A stretch of 64,000 nt of DNA from a virus. Lineage: Duplodnaviria; Caudoviricetes. Shown here piece after piece: positions 16,660 through 26,520 of the stretch. The stretch lies in IMG/VR virus record IMGVR_UViG_3300043473_000069, positions 1 through 64,000 of that record; one strand, 5' to 3'. The notes beneath the pieces are model-generated. The model was not told where the DNA came from and searched no databases. It saw nothing but the letters and a program-made list of their open reading frames with translations. The number at the start of each line of letters is the position of its first letter. Positions within the stretch are counted from its first letter, which is position 1. The translations under genes and the position numbers were made by a program.

Positions 16660-18136
16660 AGGTCCGCAACGCACCGCCGTGGCGAAGGCCACCATGCCGA
16701 CCGATCGTGCTCTCCAGTGGGGCGACATCCCCAAGGAGGGTCAGGCGCACCTGAGTGAACAGGTCAAGGGCCTCGGCATGGCGAGGTCGTCGGTCGAGGG
16801 CGGGCTCGCCAAGTTGGCCGAGGCTCGGGACCGGCCGACCAACAACCCCAACAGTCGTCGCAAGGCCACGCAGCGCATCGCTTCGCTGCAGGCCATCGCT
16901 CCGCACCTCACCGACGATCCCATCACCCACGTCAAGGCGTCGAACGCCCGCTACAACCTGACGAAGGCCGGGATGGCCCGTCAGGCCGAGACGGGCGAGG
17001 ACCCCAATCACGGCTGGTACTTCAACCACCACAAGCGGCTCTCTGAGGTCGCAGAGGCCACCGGCCACGCCAAGGACCGGGTGATCGCCGCCAGTGCCGT
17101 GATGTCGCCGCAGAACAACCCTGAGCAGGAGTTGACGGCCGTCCACGCTCTGGCTCGTGCCCACTCCGACCCCGACGCAGCGCTGCACATCACGCACGAG
17201 GCCGTGCACGCCCACGAGGAGGCCGACTACCAGGACCGCCTCAAGAAGGCCCGCACGCCTGCCGCCAAGGCCAAGGTCCAGCGCCAGCCGTCTGCGTTAC
17301 GGGACTATGCCGGGACCGTCGTGCACCCAGGTGAGCTTGCGCCGGAGCACTTGGCCGCACTCTCGACCCCGGAGGTGCGTGAGCACGTCGGCGCCACGGG
17401 TGTCGATCTCGGTGCCATCGCCAAGGGCGGGGTCAAGGGCAACGTGGTCAAGGCCATCGACGTGCTGCGGGGCAACGTGGCGGTGGACAAGGCCATCGAC
17501 CCCCGCTCGTCGCCCAAGGTGTGGAGCTACCACGCTGGCATCGCCTCGTCGGTGCACGGTTCTCTGGAGCACACCGAGTTCATGGAGCGCATGCACGTCG
17601 CCAGCGGCCGGGAGCTTCCCGGCCAGCAGCGCATGGACGTCACCGGCATGCGATCGGCCACCCACGGCCCCCTGGACCCCACCGGCCCCACCGCCGAGGA
17701 CACTTGGCAGCAAGCCATCAGCACCCGGCAGCCACTGCCGCAGATCGACGTCCCTGGACGACAGGGACGGGCTGCGAAGCAGAGCCCGGCGAAGTTCTCG
17801 GTCGGTGAGGGCGGTGCGGCGAACCAGAAGGACATTCGGGCGGTGCCAGGCGTGCCAGGTGCTGAACCCTCAGCACTCATGCACGCCTGGCAGAACCGGG
17901 CCACGCACATGGCGGCGAAGCGGCTCAGCCGTGAGTCGGGCGAGATCATCCCGGCGATCGGCATCCAGGCCGGTGGCTGGATCGAGGCCCGGCGCCAGGC
18001 GGGCAAGAACATCGAGGAGCAGGTCCCCGTCAAGAAGCAGTCGATCAAGCGGGGCATCGTCAAGGTCAAGTCGCACTCGGGTGCGGAGCACGAGGTCAGG
18101 GTCGGCCCGTCACAGCAGATGGACTTCGGTTTCTGA
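16652..18136 (+). CDS. Helical HhH/glycosylase-like (DUF7178-like) domain protein, candidate virion-internal
   Basis: GAGGAG RBS before GTG; WY..H..A..SPQN, PKVWSY, TAEDTW, PAIGIQAGGW..R motifs. Confidence 0.55.
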   Translation: MARGPQRTAVAKATMPTDRALQWGDIPKEGQAHLSEQVKGLGMARSSVEGGLAKLAEARDRPTNNPNSRRKATQRIASLQAIAPHLTDDPITHVKASNARYNLTKAGMARQAETGEDPNHGWYFNHHKRLSEVAEATGHAKDRVIAASAVMSPQNNPEQELTAVHALARAHSDPDAALHITHEAVHAHEEADYQDRLKKARTPAAKAKVQRQPSALRDYAGTVVHPGELAPEHLAALSTPEVREHVGATGVDLGAIAKGGVKGNVVKAIDVLRGNVAVDKAIDPRSSPKVWSYHAGIASSVHGSLEHTEFMERMHVASGRELPGQQRMDVTGMRSATHGPLDPTGPTAEDTWQQAISTRQPLPQIDVPGRQGRAAKQSPAKFSVGEGGAANQKDIRAVPGVPGAEPSALMHAWQNRATHMAAKRLSRESGEIIPAIGIQAGGWIEARRQAGKNIEEQVPVKKQSIKRGIVKVKSHSGAEHEVRVGPSQQMDFGF

Positions 18137-18924
18137 TGGCCCGCAAGCCTCAGCAGATGCGCCTGCCGGAGCAGATCAGGTCGGGGTCGGATCCCTGGCA
18201 CACCGGGGAGATGGAGCGGGTCGAGCACTTCGCTGCCGGTGCTGCTTCCTACGCTCAGCAGGCGGGCCTGCCCAACTACAACCAGCGGGGCATCGCCGCA
18301 GTGCGGGCCAACCCCAACGTCACCCTGGCGATCGGCAAGGACGTGAAGAGCCAGCAGGGCGACCTCGGTCGGCTGACACCTGAGCTTGCCGAGAGCTACG
18401 GCCACCTCATCCATCACATCGGCAAGCAGTTCGACCACCTGACTGGCTCCAAGGAGTCGGGCGGCATGGGCGTCAAGGTCGAGTTCAGCCCCCACGACCC
18501 GTACGAAAGCGCCACCCACCTGCGAGACGAGGTCCGTGAAACCGGCACGTTGAAGGTGCTCTCCACCGAGGCCACCGGGGGCATGGCACCGGGTCATCCG
18601 ATGTCCAACGAGGACAACGACAAGTTCCGGGCCGTGCACGATGCCTTCGGGCATCTGGCAACGGGGCGCTCCTTCTCTCGTCATGGTGAAGAGGGAGCGC
18701 TCCAACACCACGCCCGGACGATGCCGAAGGAAGCACACCCGGCGCTGATGGCGGAGCTTCGGGGCCAGAACAGCTTTCTCAACAGCTACGGGGACTTCCC
18801 CGGCAACCAGGTGTACACGGTGCCGAAGTGGGCGTCAGCCCAGGCGCCGACTGTCCCCGGTGGTGGTGGCGGCAAGCGCACGTCCAAGGCTCGTCGCCCT
18901 GAGCAGTTGAGCTTCGATCTCTGA
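18136..18924 (+). CDS. Zincin-like HDxxGH domain protein of the type seen in large polyvalent phage proteins
   Basis: NDKFRAVHDAFGH..F..HGEE.A..H..ALMAELRGQNS. Confidence 0.6.
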   Translation: MARKPQQMRLPEQIRSGSDPWHTGEMERVEHFAAGAASYAQQAGLPNYNQRGIAAVRANPNVTLAIGKDVKSQQGDLGRLTPELAESYGHLIHHIGKQFDHLTGSKESGGMGVKVEFSPHDPYESATHLRDEVRETGTLKVLSTEATGGMAPGHPMSNEDNDKFRAVHDAFGHLATGRSFSRHGEEGALQHHARTMPKEAHPALMAELRGQNSFLNSYGDFPGNQVYTVPKWASAQAPTVPGGGGGKRTSKARRPEQLSFDL

Positions 18925-19106
18925 TGCCGAAGACCCGTACCCCGCTATCCAAGAAGGTGGCGAAGAAGGCTGTGGTCAGGCCTGTATCACAACAGACCAA
19001 GACCAGCGGCGTTGTCGGGGACGTGCGGCCGGTGCAGACGAACAGCAACCTGCAGCGAGCGCAGTGGGGGATCACGAACCGGCAGAGCAAGGGGGACTGG
19101 ACATGA
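18924..19106 (+). CDS. Small basic protein
   Basis: TGATG coupling; K/R-rich. Confidence 0.55.
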   Translation: MPKTRTPLSKKVAKKAVVRPVSQQTKTSGVVGDVRPVQTNSNLQRAQWGITNRQSKGDWT

Positions 19107-19231
19107 CGGCGAAGAAGGAAGCGTTCGGCGGCAAGCAGGCCAAGCCGTTCGGCAAGGGCAAGGAAGAGCAGGAGAAGGCCAAGCCTGCGGGCAAGACCAG
19201 GGAGCGCTCGCAGACCAAGGAGAAGAAGTGA
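19103..19231 (+). CDS. Small Lys-rich protein (42 aa)
   Basis: MTAKKEAFGGKQAKPFGKGK..; ATGA and TGATG overlaps. Confidence 0.6.
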   Translation: MTAKKEAFGGKQAKPFGKGKEEQEKAKPAGKTRERSQTKEKK

Positions 19232-19452
19232 TGCCCAGGGGAACGGACACAGGAGGCCACCCCGGTCGCAAGGTCGGCCGTGAGCGGTACGCACCCAAGC
19301 AGACCCACGCCAGCCGTGGCGGTGACGTCTACTCCACAGCGGGGTCAGACGCCGCCCGCCCGGCCTTCACCATGGGCGTGGACGAGGGCGGAAACGTCAC
19401 CAGTGTGATGACCGGCGGACCTGCCGGTCGTGTCACACGGCGAGGCTCCTGA
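19231..19452 (+). CDS. Small protein with N-terminal HPGRKVGRERY motif
   Basis: AAGGAG RBS; TGATG coupling. Confidence 0.65.
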   Translation: MPRGTDTGGHPGRKVGRERYAPKQTHASRGGDVYSTAGSDAARPAFTMGVDEGGNVTSVMTGGPAGRVTRRGS

Positions 19453-19622
19453 TGGGCAGGGGTCCAGGGTCCTTCATGGACGACGAGACGGGCGAGCCCG
19501 ACTGGGACTCGTACGCCGACTACAAGCGTGACTCCGACCGTGATGACGCCATGGAGCGCCAGTACGAGCGGCGTGAGAACGATCCCAACCGGCAGGTGGG
19601 CAGGGAGCGGTTCGGCGGATGA
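19452..19622 (+). CDS. Small charged protein with C-terminal DPNRQVGRERF motif
   Basis: TGATG and ATGA coupling; 56 aa. Confidence 0.6.
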   Translation: MGRGPGSFMDDETGEPDWDSYADYKRDSDRDDAMERQYERRENDPNRQVGRERFGG

Positions 19623-19954
19623 GCTTCGTGGGCCATGGGTGGCGCTCCGGGACAGCTACTGACTCGGCAGTCAATACGGGGGCGGCTTCGACCGCCACCG
19701 TGTCGGGCATCGCCCCGACCACCTTCGCCCGCCGCAACAGCATCACGCTGACCGTCACCGGCACCGGCTTCACCGCCGCTACCAAGATCGTCGCTGACTA
19801 CGTCCCGATCTCCACCGTCTTCGACAGCGCCACGCAGTTGCGCTGCACCAGCTTCAACACCACGCCGGACAGCGGTGCGGCAGGCACCATCAACGTTGGC
19901 GTCGTCAAGCCCGGCGAGAAGATGTCCGCCACTCGCCCCTTCACGGCCGTATAG
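19619..19954 (+). CDS. IPT/TIG Ig-like domain protein (head decoration candidate)
   Basis: TVSGIAP..ITLTVTGTGFT..SATQL. Confidence 0.7.
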   Translation: MSFVGHGWRSGTATDSAVNTGAASTATVSGIAPTTFARRNSITLTVTGTGFTAATKIVADYVPISTVFDSATQLRCTSFNTTPDSGAAGTINVGVVKPGEKMSATRPFTAV

Positions 19955-19965
19955 GGGCGTATCAC

Positions 19966-21624
19966 ATGGCCGTTACCTTCTACCCAGGCAGCTACCGGGC
20001 TGCTGCCAGCGATCTCACGATCGCCATCAGCCCGCTGGGCCTGGTCGAACTCAGTGACGAGGAGTTCGAAGTCCACGGGCCTCGGATGAACCGCTACGCA
20101 TCGAACTGGGCCTGGTATCTCGGTCACCACTGGGCCTACCGGCGTGAGATCGGTGAGCCCCAGCTTGTCTTCAACTGGGTCAAGGCGTTCAGCGACTACC
20201 TCACCAACTTCACGTTCGGCAAGGGCGTCAACTTCCACTCCCCCGAGGTCACGGCGGCGATCACGCCGTATCTCCTCAAGGAGGTCTGGGAGGTCCACAA
20301 CAACAAGCAGCAGATCCTGATGGAGACGGCCCAGTTGGGGTCCGTGTCGGGCGACTGCTTCGTGAAGGTGGCGTACGAGATGCCCTTCATGGATCCGGCC
20401 GGTGTCCCCCACGAGGGTCGGATCCGCATCCTCCCGCTCAACCCGGCGTTCTGCTTCCCCGAGTGGCATCCGCACGACCGCAGCCGGATGATCCGCTTCA
20501 AGACCAAGTACAAGTTCTTCGGGACGGCCAGCGATGGCACCCGTCAGGTCATGACCTACGTGGAACTCATGACCGAGGACATGATCGAGGAGTACATCAA
20601 CGACGAGTTGATCGACTCCCGGCCCAACCCGATCGGTGAGATACCGATCGCCTTCTGCCCCAACATCGAGATCGCCTCCAGCCCGTGGGGCCTTGCTGAC
20701 ATCACGGACATCGTGTCGCTGAACCGTGAGTACAACGAGAAGGCCACCGAGATCTCGGACATCATCAACTACCACGCCAGCCCGGTCACGGTGATCACCG
20801 GGGCCAAGGCCAGCAACCTGGAGAAGGGTCCCCGCAAGGTGTGGGCGGTGTCCAACAAGGACGCCAAGATCCAGCAGTTGGAGCTACAGACCAACTTCAC
20901 CGGGCCATTGGGCTACATGGAGTTGATCAAGCAGGCCATGCACGAGCTAACCGGGGTACCGGCCAGCGCTCTGGGCACGATGCAGCCCATCAGCAACACC
21001 TCGGGTGTGGCGCTGTCGATCCAGTACCAACCGCTCATGCTCAAGCACGAGCGCAAGACGATCAACTACACCCGGCTGTTCGAACGCATCAACGAACTCG
21101 TCATCCGGCACGCCTTCGTCTTCGCCCCCGAGTTGACGATCTACAACCCGATCCTGTCGTCCACGTACCTCAAGCCGGACCAGATCCCCCAGCTTGACCC
21201 CGCTGCCCCGGTGTCATACAGGACCTACGTCCAGTGGCCCTCCCCGATGCCCATCGACCGTCTGCTCAAGATCAATGAGATCCAGGCGCTGATGGCGATG
21301 AACCTGGAGAGCCGCCGTGGTGCCCTGCGTGACCTGGGCGTCCAGTTCCCCGACCAGAAGATCAGGGAGATCTTCGAAGAGGTCGTGGAGGACACCAAGG
21401 AGCAGGGAGCCCTGGGCCTCATCCAGGGACAGATCGCTGCCTTCAACATGATGGCGACGGGCCTGACCCCAGACGGTCAGCCGCTCATGAGCGCCGATGC
21501 CGAGGGCAACCCAGTGCCTGCGACGCCTCCGGTCAACCCGGAGATCGCCCAGGAGGTCCAGTTCCTCGCCTACGGAGGCATGCCTCCCCAGGTGATGGAC
21601 TTCGAGTCGGACGACCGGACCTAA
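19966..21624 (+). CDS. Portal protein
   Basis: 552 aa, after terL and before scaffold/MCP; GDCF, SPWG.AD, SNTSGVAL motifs of SPP1-gp6-like portals. Confidence 0.9.
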   Translation: MAVTFYPGSYRAAASDLTIAISPLGLVELSDEEFEVHGPRMNRYASNWAWYLGHHWAYRREIGEPQLVFNWVKAFSDYLTNFTFGKGVNFHSPEVTAAITPYLLKEVWEVHNNKQQILMETAQLGSVSGDCFVKVAYEMPFMDPAGVPHEGRIRILPLNPAFCFPEWHPHDRSRMIRFKTKYKFFGTASDGTRQVMTYVELMTEDMIEEYINDELIDSRPNPIGEIPIAFCPNIEIASSPWGLADITDIVSLNREYNEKATEISDIINYHASPVTVITGAKASNLEKGPRKVWAVSNKDAKIQQLELQTNFTGPLGYMELIKQAMHELTGVPASALGTMQPISNTSGVALSIQYQPLMLKHERKTINYTRLFERINELVIRHAFVFAPELTIYNPILSSTYLKPDQIPQLDPAAPVSYRTYVQWPSPMPIDRLLKINEIQALMAMNLESRRGALRDLGVQFPDQKIREIFEEVVEDTKEQGALGLIQGQIAAFNMMATGLTPDGQPLMSADAEGNPVPATPPVNPEIAQEVQFLAYGGMPPQVMDFESDDRT

Positions 21625-21713
21625 CCGGGGTACGGGACTGCATACTCCCGTATCACCCCCGTTCGTGCTATAGATGACACCCGACAGCCACGGAGAACTC
21701 AAGGGATCACTGA

Positions 21714-22544
21714 ATGTCGACCACTGGAGAACAGAGCAGCGTCGGGGACACGGGCAACGGCTTCATCACTGGAGTCGAGCCAGCCAGGCCCCGTCAGGCC
21801 AACGACTGGGTGCAGCAGCGTCCAGATCAGCAGGTCAGCCAACCGGTGCAAGGTGTGCCGCAGCAGCAAGGTGATCCCCGCCCGGCGTACCGCTGGACGG
21901 ATGAGGACATCGCCGCTGCCCGGCAGCAGGAGAAGGACAAGCTGTACGGCCGCATCGAGGACCTGGGCTCGCAGATGAAGGAGATCCAGGCCCAACGTGA
22001 GGCAGAGCAGGCCGAGAAGCAGCGGCTGGCCGACGAGGCCGACCAAGCTCGCAAGGCCAAGGAAGAGAACGAACTCGACCTCCGTGCGTTGATGGAGAAG
22101 CGTGAGGCCGAGATGCGTGGGGAGATCGAGACGATCCGCCGCACGCAAGAGACGGAGCGGGAGATCTTCAACAAGGAGCGAGTGCTCCAGGAGGTCGCCA
22201 TCTACCGTCGAGATCGCATCGAGCAGGAAGCCAACGACTTGCTCCCGGAACTCCGGGACTTCGTCAGCGGGGACACGCCCGAGGCGATCGACGCATCCAT
22301 CGAAGCGTTGAAGGGTCGCTCGCAAGCGATCCTCAGCAACATCTTGGCTCAGGAGCAGGCTCAGGTTGCTCCGTACCAGCCGAGAGGGGCCGCACCCACG
22401 GCACCACCTGTAGGACCAATGGAGCAACTACCGTCGTATGAATCGTTGACGCCCGAGGACATCAAGGGCATGGACATGGAAACGTACAAGCGATATCGGA
22501 CACAACTCCTGCAAGCGACCAGTCCCAACAACCGTCGGGGCTGA
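21714..22544 (+). CDS. Capsid scaffolding protein
   Basis: Charged coiled coil with C-terminal LTPEDIKGMDMETYKRYR, directly before MCP. Confidence 0.85.
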   Translation: MSTTGEQSSVGDTGNGFITGVEPARPRQANDWVQQRPDQQVSQPVQGVPQQQGDPRPAYRWTDEDIAAARQQEKDKLYGRIEDLGSQMKEIQAQREAEQAEKQRLADEADQARKAKEENELDLRALMEKREAEMRGEIETIRRTQETEREIFNKERVLQEVAIYRRDRIEQEANDLLPELRDFVSGDTPEAIDASIEALKGRSQAILSNILAQEQAQVAPYQPRGAAPTAPPVGPMEQLPSYESLTPEDIKGMDMETYKRYRTQLLQATSPNNRRG

Positions 22545-22604
22545 TTGGGTAACTCACACCCATAGGGCCGTAACACACGACCCCGCTCTTCAAGGAGAAC
22601 CACC

Positions 22605-23960
22605 ATGCCCGCAGGCGGCTCACTCGGTGGCGAACTCCCAGTCGTTTCCGGTGTCACCGGCACGACTCGGCTCGCCACGGGCGGTCCCTACAGCCAGTAC
22701 GAGGCCCCCATGGGCTACTACGGCCAGGCGACGCTCGACAACACGGGAACCGGCTACGCCGGGTCGGTCGCCACCGGCTCGACCATGCTCGGCCCGGCCA
22801 TCCAGACCATCTGGAGCAAGGAGATCTTGTTCCAGTCGATGCCGGTCCTGAGGTTCGAACAGTTCGCTGTGAAGAAGACGGAATTGGGCACAATGCCCGG
22901 CCTCACCGTCAACTTCATGCGCTACAACAACCTCCCCATGCCCGCCGGTCCACTGATCGAAGGCGTCCGCATGAAGACGCATGCGATCACGGCGAACCAG
23001 TACGCCATCACGGTCCAGGAGCAGGGCTTCGCCGTCGCCGTCTCGGAGTTGCTGCTGAACGCCAGCTTCGATGACATCATGGCGTCGGCCAGCCGTCTGC
23101 TGGGTCGCAACATGGCCCTGTACATGGACGGCCAGGCCCGCCAGACCCTCGGTCGGGCGTCCTCGGTCGTGTTCGGCTACCAGAAGCCGGGCGCCATCAA
23201 CACGGGCTACGGCATCTACGAGGGCGGCACCCCGGCCACGGGCCTCGCCGCCGTCACGACCGCCGCAGGCACCGGCACGATCGATGACAACTACTGGCTG
23301 TCGCCGTACGCCGTCAAGGACGCCGTCGAGGTGCTGGCGTCCAAGAACGTGCCCCGCCTCGGGGAGACGTACGTCTGCTTCGTGCACCCGCACCAGAGCC
23401 GCCGCCTCCGGGACACCCCGGAGTGGATCGAGATCACGAAGTACGCCGCCCCCGGCAACTTCATGCTCGGTGAGATCGGCCGTCTGGACGACGTCGTGTT
23501 CATCGAGACGACGCAGGTGTCGAGCCCGCTCGCCAGCACCACGGACATCACCGACCCGTGGCCGACGCTGCCCGGCGGCGCCGTGTCCTCGCCCAACCCG
23601 TTCAACCCGGACTGGCGTGGCAACCTGCTGGGCGCTCCGGCGGGCCAGACCGGCCTCCCGGCGGGCTACAACACGGCCACCGACGCCTTCGGTGACCTCG
23701 CTGACCCGGCGACGCTGGACGACCTGCCCACGGGCGAGACGGCGCTCCCCGGCTGGGGCGAGCCGTGGGGTCCGTCCAACGGCATCTACGAGGCGATGAT
23801 GCTGGGCGACAACGCCTTCGGGCACGCCATCTCCCTGCCCGTCGAACTGCGTGACGGCGGCGTGCTCGACTTCGGTCGTGAGCACGCCCTGGCGTGGTAC
23901 TCGATCTGGGGCTGGGGTGTCGTGACCGACTCCTCGGTCGTGAAGATCATCACGAACTGA
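22605..23960 (+). CDS. Major capsid protein (HK97 fold, N4-gp56-like)
   Basis: AAGGAG RBS; IWSKEIL, YVCFVHPHQ..L, GEIGRLDDVVFIET, DFGR..LAWY; very biased codons. Confidence 0.93.
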   Translation: MPAGGSLGGELPVVSGVTGTTRLATGGPYSQYEAPMGYYGQATLDNTGTGYAGSVATGSTMLGPAIQTIWSKEILFQSMPVLRFEQFAVKKTELGTMPGLTVNFMRYNNLPMPAGPLIEGVRMKTHAITANQYAITVQEQGFAVAVSELLLNASFDDIMASASRLLGRNMALYMDGQARQTLGRASSVVFGYQKPGAINTGYGIYEGGTPATGLAAVTTAAGTGTIDDNYWLSPYAVKDAVEVLASKNVPRLGETYVCFVHPHQSRRLRDTPEWIEITKYAAPGNFMLGEIGRLDDVVFIETTQVSSPLASTTDITDPWPTLPGGAVSSPNPFNPDWRGNLLGAPAGQTGLPAGYNTATDAFGDLADPATLDDLPTGETALPGWGEPWGPSNGIYEAMMLGDNAFGHAISLPVELRDGGVLDFGREHALAWYSIWGWGVVTDSSVVKIITN

Positions 23961-23972
23961 CGGCTGCACGAA

Positions 23973-24002
23973 GGGGCAGGGCGGGTGAAACCGTCCTGCC
24001 CC
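23973..24002 (+). terminator. Hairpin after MCP
   Basis: GGGGCAGGGCGG-GTGAAA-CCGTCCTGCCCC. Confidence 0.55.
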
Positions 24003-24028
24003 GCTGTGCCCTGAAAGGCTGGTATCCC

Positions 24029-24583
24029 ATGAGCATCGTCTCCGTCCACGGCCCGTACACGTTCGGGTCGAAGGCCGTCACCGAGGTCGGCCCGGCCATG
24101 GCGACCGTCAACCCCACCAACGGGCTGATCTGGACCTTCAAGCTCGACCAGGCGAGCACTCGCACGGCGAGCCTGGCCTGGACCTTCCCCACCGGCACCC
24201 CAGCCTCGGCCACGGGTCCCGGCCCCCACACGGTCACCTACGCAGGTGCGGGCTCCAAGGCCAACACGATGGTGGCGACCGGCGCTGGCGAGGGCGTCAA
24301 CCCCTATCCGGCCGCTGGCACGACCAACCTGCCCGTCACGGCTGTCGCCGGTTCCGGTGGAGCGGGGATGAGCCTGCTGTCGGCGCCCGGCGGCGACGAG
24401 GGTGGCGAAGAGCCCCCGCCCGAGGAGAACGGCGAGTACGACCCCGGCGAGTACACGATCCCCGAGGTCGAGGCCTACGTCGATGCGTACCCCGACCAGA
24501 CCGAGGATGTCCTTGACGCCGAGGTGGCGGGCAAGAACCGATCGACCCTGGTGGCCTGGCTTGAGGCCCGGCTGCCCGAGTAA
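24029..24583 (+). CDS. PKD/Ig-like capsid decoration candidate
   Basis: WTFPTGTPASATGPGPHTVTY..G.K (PKD-like) plus C-terminal LDAE..GKNRSTLV helical domain. Confidence 0.65.
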   Translation: MSIVSVHGPYTFGSKAVTEVGPAMATVNPTNGLIWTFKLDQASTRTASLAWTFPTGTPASATGPGPHTVTYAGAGSKANTMVATGAGEGVNPYPAAGTTNLPVTAVAGSGGAGMSLLSAPGGDEGGEEPPPEENGEYDPGEYTIPEVEAYVDAYPDQTEDVLDAEVAGKNRSTLVAWLEARLPE

Positions 24584-24603
24584 CACACAGGAGAACAACC
24601 ATC

Positions 24604-24945
24604 GTGGCACGAGACGTGGAAGTCGAAGTCGAGGCCGAGATCCCCGAGGATCTTGATCCCTCCAAGAGCGAGGTCACTCGCCCGTCAGACCTGGGCTTCC
24701 CCAAGGCGCAAACCGGTCAGGCCGGAGGCATCCCGGTGCATCGGGAGATCGAAGTCGAAGCACTGGAGACACGTCGGGACGTGGACTCCTCGGGCATGGT
24801 CGAGATCCGCATGGCGGAGACGATCGAGGAGTTCACGTACGGCAACCCGCACTACACGTACAAGTTGGAGGCAGGGAAGCGCTACCGGATCCCGGTGGAG
24901 GTCGCCCGCTACCTCAACAACCTGGGGTACATCTACCACCGATAG
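24604..24945 (+). CDS. Conserved small virion-region protein
   Basis: AGGAG RBS; Y.LEAGKRY.IP..VA.YL..LGYI. Confidence 0.7.
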   Translation: MARDVEVEVEAEIPEDLDPSKSEVTRPSDLGFPKAQTGQAGGIPVHREIEVEALETRRDVDSSGMVEIRMAETIEEFTYGNPHYTYKLEAGKRYRIPVEVARYLNNLGYIYHR

Positions 24946-24957
24946 GAGCCGCCGACT

Positions 24958-26520
24958 ATGACTCGGCCATTCCTGACCCATGACGGGTTCTTGATCCCCA
25001 ACGCTGGGGATGTGTCGAACCCCCGGATGGCCGAGCCAGACCGGATCGACTTCAACACGCTCGCCCACGCCCGTTGGGGCGTGCTGGAGGGCTGCCTCGT
25101 CACCGTCTCGGGTCTGACGGCGCTCATCAGCCCCGGCCTCGCCATCGTCAACAGCACACTGGTCACCGTCCCCAACCAGAGCATTTCGATCGGGTCGGGA
25201 GGCAACCAGGACCGCTTCGACCTGATCGTGGTGAACGAGGCCGGGACGGCGCTCACCGTCGTCGGCGCCTACGACAACGACCCCGTCTTCCCGGACCCGC
25301 CGATCGGTGTCACGGTGCTGGCGGCGATCTTCGCTCCCTCCAGTGCGAGCAACCTGTCGGACAACGTCATCGACAAGCGCAAGTTGCTGTCGAAGGCCCT
25401 GCTGACCAAGATCCCCATCGGGGACATGCTCGTTCAGAACAAGAACGACGTCGGCAACCACTTCACCGTCACCGGAGGAGGGACCCTCAACTGGGAGGGT
25501 GATACAGGGCTATGGCGCAGTGCACCGGCCACGGTCCGCATCAACCGGTACCTCGTCGTGGACGACGACATCCAGACCGGCGGGGACGTCCATGCGGACG
25601 GCGACGTCACGGCGCTGGGGCGGGTGCAGGGCAAGAACGTCCACTCCGGCACCTCCCGGCCCATCTCCGGGTCAACGATTGGTGAGATCTACCAGGACGA
25701 GGCGAGCGGACGTCTCTACGTCTGGCGCAACGGGGCCTGGAAGGAACTGGCGACGCTCGACAGCGCCCAGCCCACGGGCTGCGTGATGACCAGTGTCGAG
25801 CCGCCATCGGTGATGCTCCCGCTGGGTTGGATCCCCCTCGACGGCCGCACGGTGACCGAGGCGCAGTACCCCGGCCTCTTCGGCCTCGTGTCGATGCAGG
25901 GCTACATCAGTGGCACCTCCCCGAACCGGGTGATGACGCTGCCGCAGGCCGAGGGCAAGGTCATGCTGACCCGCTGGGGCGGCGCCGTGGGCACGGTGGC
26001 TGGTCCGGCCAACAACCGCATCGCCCTCAACCTCACGCACATGCCCCGCCACAAGCACAACGTGACCCCTGGCTACGCCGGGGGCGGGGCGGTCAGGGGC
26101 ACCATCGGCCGCTCCGGCACGCATGCTCACGGTGTGGCCGGTGGCGAGCACTGGCACACCGTCAACGACCCCGGCCACAAGCACAACGGCATGGAGGGTC
26201 CGACCGGCACCAACGGTGACGTGGTCGGCCTGTTCTGGGGTGGCCGCAACAAGATCGACGCCTACTTCAACGACCGCAACCACACGTTCTCCGTCGAGGC
26301 GTACCAGTGGACGATGCCCGCCTACGCAGGCATCACGATCAACTCGGCGGGCTCGTCTCACGGCCACATCATCGGGCAGGACGGCGACCACGACCACCCG
26401 CTGTACATGAACGACATGCCGCAGCACATCCACCCGACGACCGAGGAAGACCGAGGTGACGGTGCCGAGTTCGACATCACCCCGGCCCACCTCCTCGTCT
26501 ACACCTACATCCGGTCATGA
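24958..26520 (+). CDS. Fibre protein with tail-collar domain and HxH metal-binding needle
   Basis: PTG.V..P.GWIPLDG..V....YP.LF collar motif; MPRHKH, HAH, HWH, HKH, HGH, HDH, HIH repeats. Confidence 0.8.
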   Translation: MTRPFLTHDGFLIPNAGDVSNPRMAEPDRIDFNTLAHARWGVLEGCLVTVSGLTALISPGLAIVNSTLVTVPNQSISIGSGGNQDRFDLIVVNEAGTALTVVGAYDNDPVFPDPPIGVTVLAAIFAPSSASNLSDNVIDKRKLLSKALLTKIPIGDMLVQNKNDVGNHFTVTGGGTLNWEGDTGLWRSAPATVRINRYLVVDDDIQTGGDVHADGDVTALGRVQGKNVHSGTSRPISGSTIGEIYQDEASGRLYVWRNGAWKELATLDSAQPTGCVMTSVEPPSVMLPLGWIPLDGRTVTEAQYPGLFGLVSMQGYISGTSPNRVMTLPQAEGKVMLTRWGGAVGTVAGPANNRIALNLTHMPRHKHNVTPGYAGGGAVRGTIGRSGTHAHGVAGGEHWHTVNDPGHKHNGMEGPTGTNGDVVGLFWGGRNKIDAYFNDRNHTFSVEAYQWTMPAYAGITINSAGSSHGHIIGQDGDHDHPLYMNDMPQHIHPTTEEDRGDGAEFDITPAHLLVYTYIRS

